Shown here: piece by piece, positions 27,003-36,675 of the stretch
Layout of the letters: every line of letters begins with the position of its first letter
Position numbering within the stretch: the stretch's first letter is position 1
Translations under genes and position numbers: made by a program
DNA from: Candidatus Aenigmatarchaeota archaeon
Lineage (GTDB): Archaea; Aenigmatarchaeota; Aenigmatarchaeia; PWEA01; JACQIF01
DNA: 64,000 nt
Direction: 5' to 3'
Assembly: GCA_016432325.1 (NCBI GenBank)
Contig: CP066684.1
Span: forward strand, 256,001-320,000
The notes under the pieces: generated by a model
What the model was told of the DNA's origin: nothing
Seen by the model: the letters and a program-made list of their open reading frames with translations, nothing else
Database searches by the model: none

Positions 27003-29615
27003 ATGGAACGCCAAGAAGTCAGGGCACAGATCAAAACTCTTGTAGAAGACTTCAAGGCAAACTATACTTCATACAAATCCCGCTCCGAAGCTGACATAGA
27101 GCAACTTGTGCTACGACTCTTCAAGATTCTTGGTTGGACAGACGTCAACGACGTTTTCCAGCAAGTTAAGACGCACCGAGGCGAAAAACGAGGTAGAGCC
27201 GACTTCGCCTTCAAAATCAATGATAGGACAGTTTTCTTTTTGGAAGTAAAGAAGATGGGCGTACCTTTGGATAAAGAGGCGGATAGACAGGTTATATCGT
27301 ATGCTCTATCTCAGAGAATACCGTTCGCCGTATCGACAAACTTCGAGGAATTAAAGCTCTTTTGTGTTGAAGCGTTCGATAAGAAAGATCAGGTTTTCAG
27401 AGTCTTCAGGTACGAAGATTACTCGATCAAAGATGATTTGTTTCTTCTGTCGAAGGAGAGTTTCGCTTCGGGTAACACGTTGAAAGAAGCTGAAAGCGAG
27501 GGTCGACTGAAGAAGAGAGTAACCATCGACAAACCGCTTTTGGAAGACCTCATGCATATCCGCAGTCTCGTAGCAGGCGACATAGAAAAAAGTTACCCGG
27601 ACAAATACGAACTCAATGAGCGCGACGAAATAATTCAGAGAATAATAGACCGCTTGATTTTCATACGTCGGTGTGAGGATGTGGGCATGAACCCAGAGGG
27701 TCAAACGCTCGAAGAAATCAAACATCTTTCAGACGAGAAAGCGTATCCTAAACTGAAACAACTCTTCGCTAAGTATAATGATGTCTACGATAGCGGCTTA
27801 TTCTCGATTGGCACGGATAATGATTGTGATAGAATAACGATCGATGGGTCTATCATTCACAAGCTTGTAGGATACCTCTATGAATCCAAGAACGGTCAGT
27901 ATATTTACAACTTTGACTGGATAGATGCCGACGTACTTGGACAAGTGTACGAACAATATCTCGGTAAAATACTCGCACAAACAAAATCAGGTAAAACGAA
28001 ACTTAAGGAAGGACAAGCGCATCGTAAGGAACAGGGAATATACTATACTCCCACCTACATTGTCAATTACATTATTAAGAACACTGTTGGCGCTAAACTA
28101 AAAGAGAGGAAAATTAACGTGAACGATATTTCGATACTCGATCCTGCTTGTGGGTCTGGATCATTTCTTATCAAGGCATTTGACGAGATGTATAACTATA
28201 GACGGGGTAAAGGCGGCACGGATCAGCGTAAATTTGATACACAAGGCATTTACTCCATTAAAACCGAAATTCTTAAAAACAATATTTTCGGTGTCGATCT
28301 TGACAACAAAGCCGTGGAAATAGCTAAATTAAATCTACTCTTAAAGGCGGCAGAGAACGGACGCCGATTACCGAAGGAATTAGACGCTCACGTCAAGCGT
28401 GGTAATAGTATTATAGATGATGAAAAAGTTGTGGGCGCCGATGCGTTCCGTTGGGAGAGTGAATTTACAGATATCGTAAAACAAGGTGGATTTGACATCA
28501 TTATAGGCAATCCGCCTTATGGGGCAGAGTTGAAGGAAAACGAAAGGGAATACATTTCTCGGAAATATGAAACCGCGAAATCGTACAAAAATACAGCGCT
28601 TGTTTTCATAGAGAAATCGATGAATCTATTAAAAGATGGAGGATACTTTGGAATGATTGTACCAAAGTCCTTGGCATATAGCCAAGCGTGGAAACCATGT
28701 AGAGACTTCATTAAGAAGGACATGATTTTGTTAGTTGATGTTAGCAAAGCCTTTGAAGATGTTTTATTGGAACAAGTTATATTCATTATACAAAAGGGCA
28801 GTGGCAAAAAGTCCTACATTGTAGAAAACATTGATACCGGCTCTAAATTTACTGTGGACAAATCATTCATAGATAAAATCGATTCCTTGATAGTTCATGA
28901 CAGTAGAGAAGACTTCGAAGTGTTCAAACATCTTATGTCCTCTCCATTACAAATGAAGAGTGTTTCCAAAACAAGTCGTGGATTGCCGCTCCAGAAGTTT
29001 ATAACCAAAAAGAAAACACCATATAAAATATTTCGTGGGGTCAACATTTCCCGCTATCACCTTGGGGATAGTACAGACTTCTTAGAGAAAATCGATGCTA
29101 CAAATACAAAGGTTAAACAGCTTCTTCAACCTAAGATAATTTCACAGAGAATAGTGGCTCATGTAACACGCCCAAAGGACCATATCATAATCATGTCTGC
29201 ATTGGATGGAGAAGGACAGTTAAATGTGGATACTGTAGAAAATACCACTCTAACCGATAAGAAATACAAGCTAGAGACTATTTTGGCTATAATGAACTCC
29301 GAATTGATTTCATGGTATGCATACAGGTATATCTTCGGTAAAGCCATTAGAACTATGGATTTCGATGATTACTATGTTGGTAAAATACCTCTGCCTCATA
29401 CATCTAAATCTGTTGAAACTGCTCTAACCGAGAAGGTTTCAAGAATAAATGACCTTAACAAAAAAGTTCATCAGTTGGGCGATAAGAAAACGGCCGAGAC
29501 TGCTAAGCTCGACGAAGAAGTCAAGAAGACTAATGCGGAGATAGACGAACTCGTCTACAAGATATACGGGGTAACGGACGCCGAGAAGAAGACTATTAAA
29601 GAAAGCTTAAATTAA
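27003..29615 (+). CDS. Type IIG-like restriction-modification enzyme (nuclease, N6-adenine MTase, TRD)
   Basis: RADFAF...FLEVKK (PD-(D/E)xK); LGQVYEQYL, YYTP, ILDPACGSGSF, IIGNPPY; TaqI-C-like C-terminus. Confidence 0.9.
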   Translation: MERQEVRAQIKTLVEDFKANYTSYKSRSEADIEQLVLRLFKILGWTDVNDVFQQVKTHRGEKRGRADFAFKINDRTVFFLEVKKMGVPLDKEADRQVISYALSQRIPFAVSTNFEELKLFCVEAFDKKDQVFRVFRYEDYSIKDDLFLLSKESFASGNTLKEAESEGRLKKRVTIDKPLLEDLMHIRSLVAGDIEKSYPDKYELNERDEIIQRIIDRLIFIRRCEDVGMNPEGQTLEEIKHLSDEKAYPKLKQLFAKYNDVYDSGLFSIGTDNDCDRITIDGSIIHKLVGYLYESKNGQYIYNFDWIDADVLGQVYEQYLGKILAQTKSGKTKLKEGQAHRKEQGIYYTPTYIVNYIIKNTVGAKLKERKINVNDISILDPACGSGSFLIKAFDEMYNYRRGKGGTDQRKFDTQGIYSIKTEILKNNIFGVDLDNKAVEIAKLNLLLKAAENGRRLPKELDAHVKRGNSIIDDEKVVGADAFRWESEFTDIVKQGGFDIIIGNPPYGAELKENEREYISRKYETAKSYKNTALVFIEKSMNLLKDGGYFGMIVPKSLAYSQAWKPCRDFIKKDMILLVDVSKAFEDVLLEQVIFIIQKGSGKKSYIVENIDTGSKFTVDKSFIDKIDSLIVHDSREDFEVFKHLMSSPLQMKSVSKTSRGLPLQKFITKKKTPYKIFRGVNISRYHLGDSTDFLEKIDATNTKVKQLLQPKIISQRIVAHVTRPKDHIIIMSALDGEGQLNVDTVENTTLTDKKYKLETILAIMNSELISWYAYRYIFGKAIRTMDFDDYYVGKIPLPHTSKSVETALTEKVSRINDLNKKVHQLGDKKTAETAKLDEEVKKTNAEIDELVYKIYGVTDAEKKTIKESLN

Positions 29616-29681
29616 CGTCTGAGACTTGACCCAATACACCATATGGAAAGGGTTTAATAGCTTTGTCCATTCACATTATAC

Positions 29682-30776
29682 ATGGTCAGGGATAGTCTAG
29701 AATTCTTTGATGCTGACGGAGAATTTTTAAAAAGAATAGAGTCCGTCAAGTCAATTGGACCTACGCCCCGTAAGGTCATTCTCTTTATCCAAGATTCAGA
29801 AATGCCTTTTTTGAAACTGATTAAGCAATGGATTCCTGCTAGATATGAAGGCACTATTTGTAAAACAGAAGAATTTGATAGATTCGACGTAGCGGAGCTT
29901 ACTATAAAAAATAGAGATTTAGAAGGCGCTTTATACAAATGTTCTCACTGTGGTCAAGAAATTCCCAAAGAAGAACTTTTTGAATATGGACAAAACATGC
30001 AGAACTTACTTGTATTCCCTAAAAATAGTCCCGTCTTTTTCTTGGTAACAAATAAAGGTTCCCATGAACTGGACGCCGATTTAGGCTTCTTCAAAGCACT
30101 TTATCCCTTCGTATCTCGTGTACGATTCCGTTCGTACCAACTAAAACAAATGCTAGACGTTCTTCCTAATAAAACCGATATAGTTATTTCAGAATACGTT
30201 GCTAAACGTTATTATGGCGAAAAAAAGACAATCGAACTTCACCAAAAGGTGGACGTTGATACGGCATTTCTTCAAGCGGCTAAGGAAAATACCTGGATTG
30301 ACAGCATTCTTCTGGAAGTTGATGGAAAGAAAATACGATTGGCGCGAAACGGAAGAATACAATACTATCAGTCGTATCACTTTAGCAACATCTTCAGTCA
30401 ACTGATTAAACCAATACTGCATAACCTAACAGCAAACTATGAAAATGTTCTAAGAAATCGCTCTCGGACAATTGCTAACCCGGCGGCCAAACCTATAGTA
30501 TTTAAAACGGAAAAACCAGTTTTTACTTCTCAGAATGCTGGTATCGAACTGATAAAACGACTTGGCCGCCTACGGGGAATAGAAATAGCACAAGTCAATA
30601 GCGACGACCAGATGCCGGAGTTGATGGTAAAAGATTACACGTCTGGAGCAAGCTACTCAATAGACGTCGTAGCCGAGAATATGATAGTTATGACACCACA
30701 GACAGGCGTACGAGAAATTTCTCTTAATAGAGTCGTGAATAAAATACTAGAAGATTTTGACTGTGAGGTAATCTGA
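29682..30776 (+). CDS. Uncharacterised cargo protein with CxxC insert
   Basis: 364 aa, AT-rich, YKCSHCG; TGATG coupling to the next gene. Confidence 0.7.
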   Translation: MVRDSLEFFDADGEFLKRIESVKSIGPTPRKVILFIQDSEMPFLKLIKQWIPARYEGTICKTEEFDRFDVAELTIKNRDLEGALYKCSHCGQEIPKEELFEYGQNMQNLLVFPKNSPVFFLVTNKGSHELDADLGFFKALYPFVSRVRFRSYQLKQMLDVLPNKTDIVISEYVAKRYYGEKKTIELHQKVDVDTAFLQAAKENTWIDSILLEVDGKKIRLARNGRIQYYQSYHFSNIFSQLIKPILHNLTANYENVLRNRSRTIANPAAKPIVFKTEKPVFTSQNAGIELIKRLGRLRGIEIAQVNSDDQMPELMVKDYTSGASYSIDVVAENMIVMTPQTGVREISLNRVVNKILEDFDCEVI

Positions 30777-31906
30777 TGGTTGCTCCAAAACACACGAAAG
30801 ATGATGTAGACAGTTATCGGGAGGCCGTTTTGGCTAATATTGTTTTTAAAAAGTATTTGAAAGAAATATGGAATGTTGGATACGATCTATATTTCGGTGC
30901 TAGACTAGTCTATGATAAAGACAAACCAGCGGTAACGCCCGATTTGTTTCTTAAAGGTACTTCGAGTAATGATATTGTAGGGGATATTAAACGTTCTTTG
31001 CCGTCAAATTTCCCTAACAGTTTGGAGTCCAAAAACTATATGGAATGGGCCAGGGGGGAAGGTGGAAAAGGTTTCGTTATGCAGATGTTGGATGTAAGTC
31101 TAACACAAAAGTTAAAGAAATATGATAGCGAATTTCTCAATTGTACGAACCCACATGATATTTTATTTATCCTGCACGAAAGAGCACAGAGAACATACAT
31201 GCTCTGGAAGAGACATTTACCGTACATCCCACGAAACAATCTGGTTGGTCTACAATATCATGTTTCTAGAGGGTCTAGCGTCAAAACACTTAATATCGGA
31301 ATACTAGACGGACAGTTCTCAGATCAGGGCTTAGGCGAATTCTTCAGAGATAACCCAATAGCTTGGCACTTTAACGAAGAATCCCAGCTAATCGGAGAAT
31401 ACAAAATTGCTGTAGTTGACGAGGGCCATCAGCCACCAAAAGAATATGTGATGCTCATTCTGTGGCAAAACATTTTTGATGAAATTCTGAGAAACAAATA
31501 CTCAGAAAGTCTTTTGGATAGAGTGAAAATACTAGAACAAGGATTAAATCCAGTTATAGTTGTGGATTTGGATACCATTATAGAATACCTTAGTAAATAT
31601 TATATATTACCATATTATGATACCGCCGACAACTCACAGGACACAAGGAGACAGTTCACGAGAAGCCTTGTAAAAGATGCAATGAACTCATTTACTGAAA
31701 TTGATATAACCGATGTAACGAAGGTAGACGGGGGAACAAATCCCGCGTATAAAATAGTCTATCAACCGCTGTCTAAAGGACAGGATGCCTTGCAAGTCTT
31801 AATAGACGCGTTGTCTGATGCGGGAATTTTAGAAAAGGAAGTGGTCGATATCCCGAGACAGATTGATCTAACATCATTTACCGATAAAGACAGTGATACT
31901 CGATAG
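30776..31906 (+). CDS. Uncharacterised cargo protein, possible PD-(D/E)xK nuclease
   Basis: TPDLFL...IVGDIKRS. Confidence 0.65.
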   Translation: MVAPKHTKDDVDSYREAVLANIVFKKYLKEIWNVGYDLYFGARLVYDKDKPAVTPDLFLKGTSSNDIVGDIKRSLPSNFPNSLESKNYMEWARGEGGKGFVMQMLDVSLTQKLKKYDSEFLNCTNPHDILFILHERAQRTYMLWKRHLPYIPRNNLVGLQYHVSRGSSVKTLNIGILDGQFSDQGLGEFFRDNPIAWHFNEESQLIGEYKIAVVDEGHQPPKEYVMLILWQNIFDEILRNKYSESLLDRVKILEQGLNPVIVVDLDTIIEYLSKYYILPYYDTADNSQDTRRQFTRSLVKDAMNSFTEIDITDVTKVDGGTNPAYKIVYQPLSKGQDALQVLIDALSDAGILEKEVVDIPRQIDLTSFTDKDSDTR

Positions 31907-32093
31907 AGTGTAGAGAGTTAGAGGAGTAGCCAATTGAAGTCCCAAAAATAAGGTATATAAACATCCTCACCAATCAATTATTCAATATGCTCCCCAGTCT
32001 TGTACGCCGGCTCGTCCGGCGGCAACACTGGGTTATTCTCTCTTTTCCTTGATGCATTCTAAGGCTTCTAGAAGGCTGTGTTTGACGCAACGA

Positions 32094-32300
32094 CTAGACT
32101 ACGAATTTCGATGTATCAAACAATTTAGATTTTATTCTAACTCCACCTTCTGCTTCCACCTGGGCCACTCGGTGATTCCCCCTTTCACTCGTAATTCTCC
32201 GTGCCTTGGAAATGTTGGTGGCCTGAACCAGAACCTTTCCTAATCTATGGACGTTAATCCAATCATCACTGTCCACGGGAAAAGTTACTGGGTTATTCAT
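32094..32300 (-). CDS. Small hypothetical protein
   Basis: Overlaps the upstream stop; third gene of a small operon. Confidence 0.4.
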   Translation of the reverse strand: MNNPVTFPVDSDDWINVHRLGKVLVQATNISKARRITSERGNHRVAQVEAEGGVRIKSKLFDTSKFVV

Positions 32301-32691
32301 CTGTCTCACTCATTTTTCCTGCTTTTACAAACTTGTCAAAAACTCGTTGTACCTGCTCGCCAGAAAGGGCCAATTCTGTGGAGACAAAAAAGACGGATAG
32401 TTTCGTATTACCAGCACTCTTTTCTCTCAATATTAGTTGTGTTATCTCCTTTTCTGCTTCCATATCACTTATCCTCCTGTCTTTAGTGATCGATTCGTGC
32501 ATCCCATGCATTTCATGTTGCCTTCTCAATGAGACTACCTCTTGGCGAAGGAAATCAACCTCATCCTCAAGACTTCTCAGTCTCTGTTGTTGCGCCCTAA
32601 AAACAGGCAGAGGGATGGATAGACGCTCGAAAACGGTTTGTATAGGCTCGTCTTCTCCAACAATGTCTATTGCACGTCTGATGGTTGCCAT
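32293..32691 (-). CDS. Coiled-coil + wHTH-like hypothetical protein
   Basis: LRSLEDEVDFLRQEVVSL; STELALSGEQVQRVFDKF. Confidence 0.55.
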   Translation of the reverse strand: MATIRRAIDIVGEDEPIQTVFERLSIPLPVFRAQQQRLRSLEDEVDFLRQEVVSLRRQHEMHGMHESITKDRRISDMEAEKEITQLILREKSAGNTKLSVFFVSTELALSGEQVQRVFDKFVKAGKMSETDE

Positions 32692-32695
32692 ACAT

Positions 32696-32953
32696 TCACC
32701 TACTTATCATACTCTTTACCTTTTGCAAAAACTCCGGATCTGGTGATTCTATGTGCAGTATTTTGTCTTCAACTTCCTTCTTGTTTTGGTGGCTCATTAT
32801 CAATGGAATGGGCATGTTGTTTTTTACCTTTACCAGAACAATGCTCGCTGGCATTATATCTTTATCCATTTGAGATAGATTAGACGCGAATTCTTTATCA
32901 AAGAGATCCCCAAGGCCCACACCATGCAATCGCACGCTCTCTATTTGTTCCAT
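32696..32953 (-). CDS. Small hypothetical protein
   Basis: GGTGAG RBS; operonic spacing. Confidence 0.5.
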   Translation of the reverse strand: MEQIESVRLHGVGLGDLFDKEFASNLSQMDKDIMPASIVLVKVKNNMPIPLIMSHQNKKEVEDKILHIESPDPEFLQKVKSMISR

Positions 32954-33065
32954 GAACACTCACCGTATATTATTGGTGCTACAGCCACTTAAACTGAAGA
33001 CGGGGTGGTTTTACATCATTCCGAAGTCTTTATTTAAGGCTATGTATCATTGACCATAGTGTTTT

Positions 33066-33082
33066 ATATAACACTGTTATAT
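33066..33082. repeat. Palindromic site C (ATATAACACTGTTATAT)
   Basis: At the cargo/integrase junction; contains the integrase stop codon. Confidence 0.8.
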
Positions 33083-34255
33083 TCTCTCCCTCATCCTCTC
33101 TTCCATCCTGTCCATGAGAGCCGTCACGAGCTCCTCGGATATAACGAAGCCCTTGTTGCTTTCCATCGTCTGCGCCTTCGCCTTCTCCGAAATCGGATGG
33201 CGGCATCGCACGCACCAGTTCCTGTCCATAGTATTAGACGTGCCGCAGACGCCGCACTCTTTCGGCCGCAGATGGCCGTTCGTCTCCTCCTTCTTCGGAA
33301 CGAGGCCGTGAATCCTCAATATAGCCTCGTCCATCTGCGCACCGCTGAGATGGACATAGATTGCGGCCATCTTTGAAGCGCCGGTCCAACCAAGATAAGC
33401 CTTCATCTGCTGTTCGGTCAGCTCGGTGGCCAGCCGCGTCGCGGCCGTGTGGCGGAAGAGGTGTGGGTGCAGCCTTTTCCGATAGCCGCTGCGCTCCTTG
33501 ATGCGCCTCAGCAGCGTTTTGAACGTCGAGTAGCTCATCGGTCTGCCGTAGTCCGTCAGCCACAGCGCGTCGTCGCCGTTTTTCGTCGGGTGGGATTCCA
33601 AGTAGGCGGACAGGGCTGGAATGGAGGAAACGATGCGCACGCGCCGCGGGCCGGTCTTGCCGCGGACGTGGATGACGCCGCCGTACTCGTCGAAGGCGGC
33701 GTCCTTGTATCTCATGGAGAGGAGTTCCCCTATCCGCACGCCGCTCTCCCAGAGGGTCCACAGCATGGCGCGGTCGCGCGCCGAACGCGCGTGACGCAGA
33801 AGCAGCCGCAGGTCGTCCTCGCTCACCAAATCCTCGGGAAGCTTTCTCTTGTTCGAGGGCTCGTTCGTCTTTATCCATCGAACCTCCGGCGGGATTTCCT
33901 CGTCGTTGCCACGCAGCCACTTGAAGAAGCGTTTGATGCACGCCCGCTGATCGACCTTCGTTCGCTCTGTCCAGTCGCGCTTCTCCTGTATGCGGCTGAC
34001 GAGTTCCATCAGATCGTCCTTGTCCATCTCATCGAAGTTCTTGTGCGCGAGGCGGCCGATGTTGGTCATGCGGATGGCGTAGAAGACCTGGCGATAGACA
34101 CTGCCCCCGCCGACGCCGAACTGCCTTATGAACTTGAGAAGCAACTCCCTGTTGGGCTCTGTTATCCGCCCGTCCGTCCGCAGGCGGCGCATCGCCGACT
34201 CAAGGCGGTTGTCTATGTTGTAGATGTCGTGGACTTCAAGACTCTGCTGCGCCAT
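33077..34255 (-). CDS. Tyrosine recombinase/integrase with C-terminal Zn ribbon
   Basis: SGVRIGE (R), GKTG (K), HPHLFRH (HxxR), LGW, IYVH (Y); CGVC...CVRC. Confidence 0.95.
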   Translation of the reverse strand: MAQQSLEVHDIYNIDNRLESAMRRLRTDGRITEPNRELLLKFIRQFGVGGGSVYRQVFYAIRMTNIGRLAHKNFDEMDKDDLMELVSRIQEKRDWTERTKVDQRACIKRFFKWLRGNDEEIPPEVRWIKTNEPSNKRKLPEDLVSEDDLRLLLRHARSARDRAMLWTLWESGVRIGELLSMRYKDAAFDEYGGVIHVRGKTGPRRVRIVSSIPALSAYLESHPTKNGDDALWLTDYGRPMSYSTFKTLLRRIKERSGYRKRLHPHLFRHTAATRLATELTEQQMKAYLGWTGASKMAAIYVHLSGAQMDEAILRIHGLVPKKEETNGHLRPKECGVCGTSNTMDRNWCVRCRHPISEKAKAQTMESNKGFVISEELVTALMDRMEERMRERI

Positions 34256-34315
34256 AATACATTAACCTCCGCCGGAGTATATAGTTATCGCCGTCGACGC
34301 ACCATAGAATGAGGT

Positions 34316-34443
34316 TGGTGCGATGGCCGGGATTTTCAAGCACTCCTACGTTCGTAGGGGTTAAAGGGGCGCCGAAGTGCCACTTTTTTGAACCCGGGCT
34401 ACGACGTTGGCAACGTCGAGTCCTACCACTAGACTACCATCGC
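34316..34443 (-). tRNA. tRNA-Gly(GCC) with a T-loop (59/60) intron at 34333-34386
   Basis: Spliced: GCGATGG-TA-GTCT-AGTGGTA-GGAC-T-CGACG-TTGCCAA-CGTCG-TAGC-CCGGG-TTCAAAT-CCCGG-CCATCGC-A-CCA; BHB helix TTCA/TGAA. Confidence 0.95.
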
Positions 34444-34475
34444 TCGCCCGAGAATATGCCAGTATTGTATTTAAA

Positions 34476-34910
34476 CTATGTACTCGACCAGAACGTGCCG
34501 CCCTCGTGCTTCCACTTCAGATAGTCCTGAAGGATGCGCCAGTGGTCGAAACCGAACTCCTCCTCCTTAAGCGCCGAGGGGTCGTACCATCCTGCGTCAA
34601 TCGCGTCATCGCCTCCTTCTGGCTGTCCGGAAATCCACCTGACGACGAATATGGTGGCGATGGTATGCTCCCTTATGTTCCTTTTGGGGTCCGAATAGAC
34701 CCCCAGCAGGGCCTCAATTTTCCCTTTTACGCCCGTCTCTTCCATGAGTTCTCTCAATGTGGCGGCTTCGACGGTCTCGCCTACGTCAACGAAGCCGCCG
34801 GGCCACGCCAGCGTGCCTCTGTAGGGCTCGTTGCCTCTTCTGATGAGCAGGACTTTTCCGTCCTTTTCCACGACGGCGTCCACAGTCGGCTTGGGGTTTT
34901 GATGTATCAC
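34476..34910 (-). CDS. NUDIX hydrolase (ADP-ribose pyrophosphatase-like)
   Basis: PTVDAVV, PGGFVDVGETVEAATLRELMEETG, YSDPKR, GDDA, FDH. Confidence 0.9.
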   Translation of the reverse strand: MIHQNPKPTVDAVVEKDGKVLLIRRGNEPYRGTLAWPGGFVDVGETVEAATLRELMEETGVKGKIEALLGVYSDPKRNIREHTIATIFVVRWISGQPEGGDDAIDAGWYDPSALKEEEFGFDHWRILQDYLKWKHEGGTFWSST

Positions 34911-34970
34911 GAACTTCCTGCGCTTCGGCCCCTTTATAAACCTATCTCTCTCACTCACGCCGATGAGAAT

Positions 34971-36230
34971 ATGGGATTCAAGAAATTCAACCTGAAAGCC
35001 GAGGTGCAGAAAGGAATAGAAGAGTGCGGCTTTTCGATACCGACCGAGGTCCAGGACAAGTGCATACCTATGGTACTGCAGGGCAAGGACCTTATTGTCC
35101 AATCGAAGACGGGCTCCGGCAAGACCGCGGCCTTCGGGATTCCGATACTCCACCTCCTCAAGAGCGAGCGTGCGCTCGTGCTCGTGCCGACGCGCGAGCT
35201 GGCGCTGCAGGTGGCCGAAGACATAGAGATACTGGGCAAACACCACCACGTCCGTACAACCGCCGTCTACGGCGGCGAGTCCATAGAGAACCAGATAAGG
35301 CGCGCCCACGGCAGGCAGATAGTCGTCGCCACGCCCGGACGCTTGCTCGACCTCCAGGAACGCAGGGTCATCGACCTGAAGGCCTTCAAGGTTGTCGTTC
35401 TGGACGAAGCGGACCGCATGCTGGACATGGGCTTCGAGAAGCAGCTCACAGAGATAATGTCTTTGTTGCCGCCACAGCGCCAGACTCTGATGTTCTCCGC
35501 GACGATGCCCGAAGGAGCGCAGCGCATAGCGCGCCGCTACATGAACAGGCCGGAAAACGTGATGCTGACGCCTGACCGCGTTGATACTTCGACGATACGG
35601 CAAACATACTATCCATGCTCACAGAAGACCAAGCTGACGGCTCTCGCCTACGTGCTCACCAAGGAGAAGCCGGAGACGACGCTGATATTTTGCCGGACGA
35701 AACGCGACGTCGATTGGGTGAACGGTGTCTTGTCCGCGTCGGGTTTCAAGTCAATGGCCATCCACGGCGACATGAGCCAATCCCAGCGCCTGCGCGCGAT
35801 AGAGGCGTTCCGCGGGCGACACGTCCCGATACTCGTCGCGTCAGACGTCGCCGCGAGGGGTCTGGATATAGAAAACATCAGCCACGTGATAAACTTCAAC
35901 GTTCCCGAGGAGTCCGATACGTACGTACACCGCATAGGTCGTACGGGTCGCATGGGCCGCTCAGGCCGCGCGATAACGTTCGTCACGCCGGAGGACGGCC
36001 GCGCGTGGGACGAGATACGCAGAAAGATACGAAAGGACATAGCCGAAGAGCGCGTGCCCGCGGATTTCACTTACAATATAGTCGTGCCGAGGCGCGAGTA
36101 TCACGAGCGCGGTCCCAGGCGAAGCGGTCCCGGCCGCGGGGGCCCGAGACGCGGCGGACCCGGCGGTCGCAGCAAGAAAGGCTGGGGAGAGCCCGTGCGG
36201 TACGTGATTGGAGCTAGGCCGAGGTACTAA
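34971..36230 (+). CDS. DEAD-box RNA helicase
   Basis: TGSGKT, PTREL, DEAD, SAT, ARGLD, HRIGRTGR; RGG-rich tail. Confidence 0.97.
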   Translation: MGFKKFNLKAEVQKGIEECGFSIPTEVQDKCIPMVLQGKDLIVQSKTGSGKTAAFGIPILHLLKSERALVLVPTRELALQVAEDIEILGKHHHVRTTAVYGGESIENQIRRAHGRQIVVATPGRLLDLQERRVIDLKAFKVVVLDEADRMLDMGFEKQLTEIMSLLPPQRQTLMFSATMPEGAQRIARRYMNRPENVMLTPDRVDTSTIRQTYYPCSQKTKLTALAYVLTKEKPETTLIFCRTKRDVDWVNGVLSASGFKSMAIHGDMSQSQRLRAIEAFRGRHVPILVASDVAARGLDIENISHVINFNVPEESDTYVHRIGRTGRMGRSGRAITFVTPEDGRAWDEIRRKIRKDIAEERVPADFTYNIVVPRREYHERGPRRSGPGRGGPRRGGPGGRSKKGWGEPVRYVIGARPRY

Positions 36231-36231
36231 T

Positions 36232-36675
36232 CTACCGGCTTCCCAGTCGAAGCGCCATCAAGGAATATTTTTTAGATAGCCTATAGATTGTCCTGAATCC
36301 GAACCTCTCGTAGAAACGCACATTGGTTGTGGTAAGAAGTATCAATGAGGCCTTGTTCCTGCCCTTCTTCGTCTTGATTTCCTGTATCGTTCGTTTGATT
36401 AGTTCTGTGCCAATTCCTTCTTTCTGGCGCGTCGGCTCGACGTTCACCCAGAATATATGGTAGACATGCCAATCCATCCAAGATTGGATAAATCCCGCGA
36501 ATCCAACCATTCTTCCATTCTCTTCTGCAACAAGGTACCGAGGCGGTATGATCGGATTTTTGAAGGCGGCTTTTATTTCCCGTCTTGCAGCAAGCTCGAA
36601 TGCCTTCGAATAGTTCAAACCGACAATCCTGGCGGCTTTTAGAATTTCATGCTTCCTGACGTATCTTATCTTCAT
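36232..36675 (-). CDS. GNAT acetyltransferase
   Basis: VNVEPTRQKEGIGT, FYERFGF. Confidence 0.85.
   Translation of the reverse strand: MKIRYVRKHEILKAARIVGLNYSKAFELAARREIKAAFKNPIIPPRYLVAEENGRMVGFAGFIQSWMDWHVYHIFWVNVEPTRQKEGIGTELIKRTIQEIKTKKGRNKASLILLTTTNVRFYERFGFRTIYRLSKKYSLMALRLGSR

Larger units (their letters stand above)
21305..34329. mobile_element. Integrated plasmid-like element (about 13 kb) in the 3' end of tRNA-Gly
   Basis: 14-bp direct repeat TGGTGCGATGGCCG at 21305-21318 and 34316-34329 (tRNA 3' end); tyrosine integrase next to the tRNA; helicase and RHH/HTH core; AT-rich cargo; no virion genes recognised. Confidence 0.88.

Noticed and set aside
34407-35603. 607-aa helicase and 375-aa NUDIX as long overlapping or fused ORFs
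   Set aside because: Recognisable domains start at 34971 (+) and 34910 (-), with a divergent TATA between them; the extensions are artefacts.
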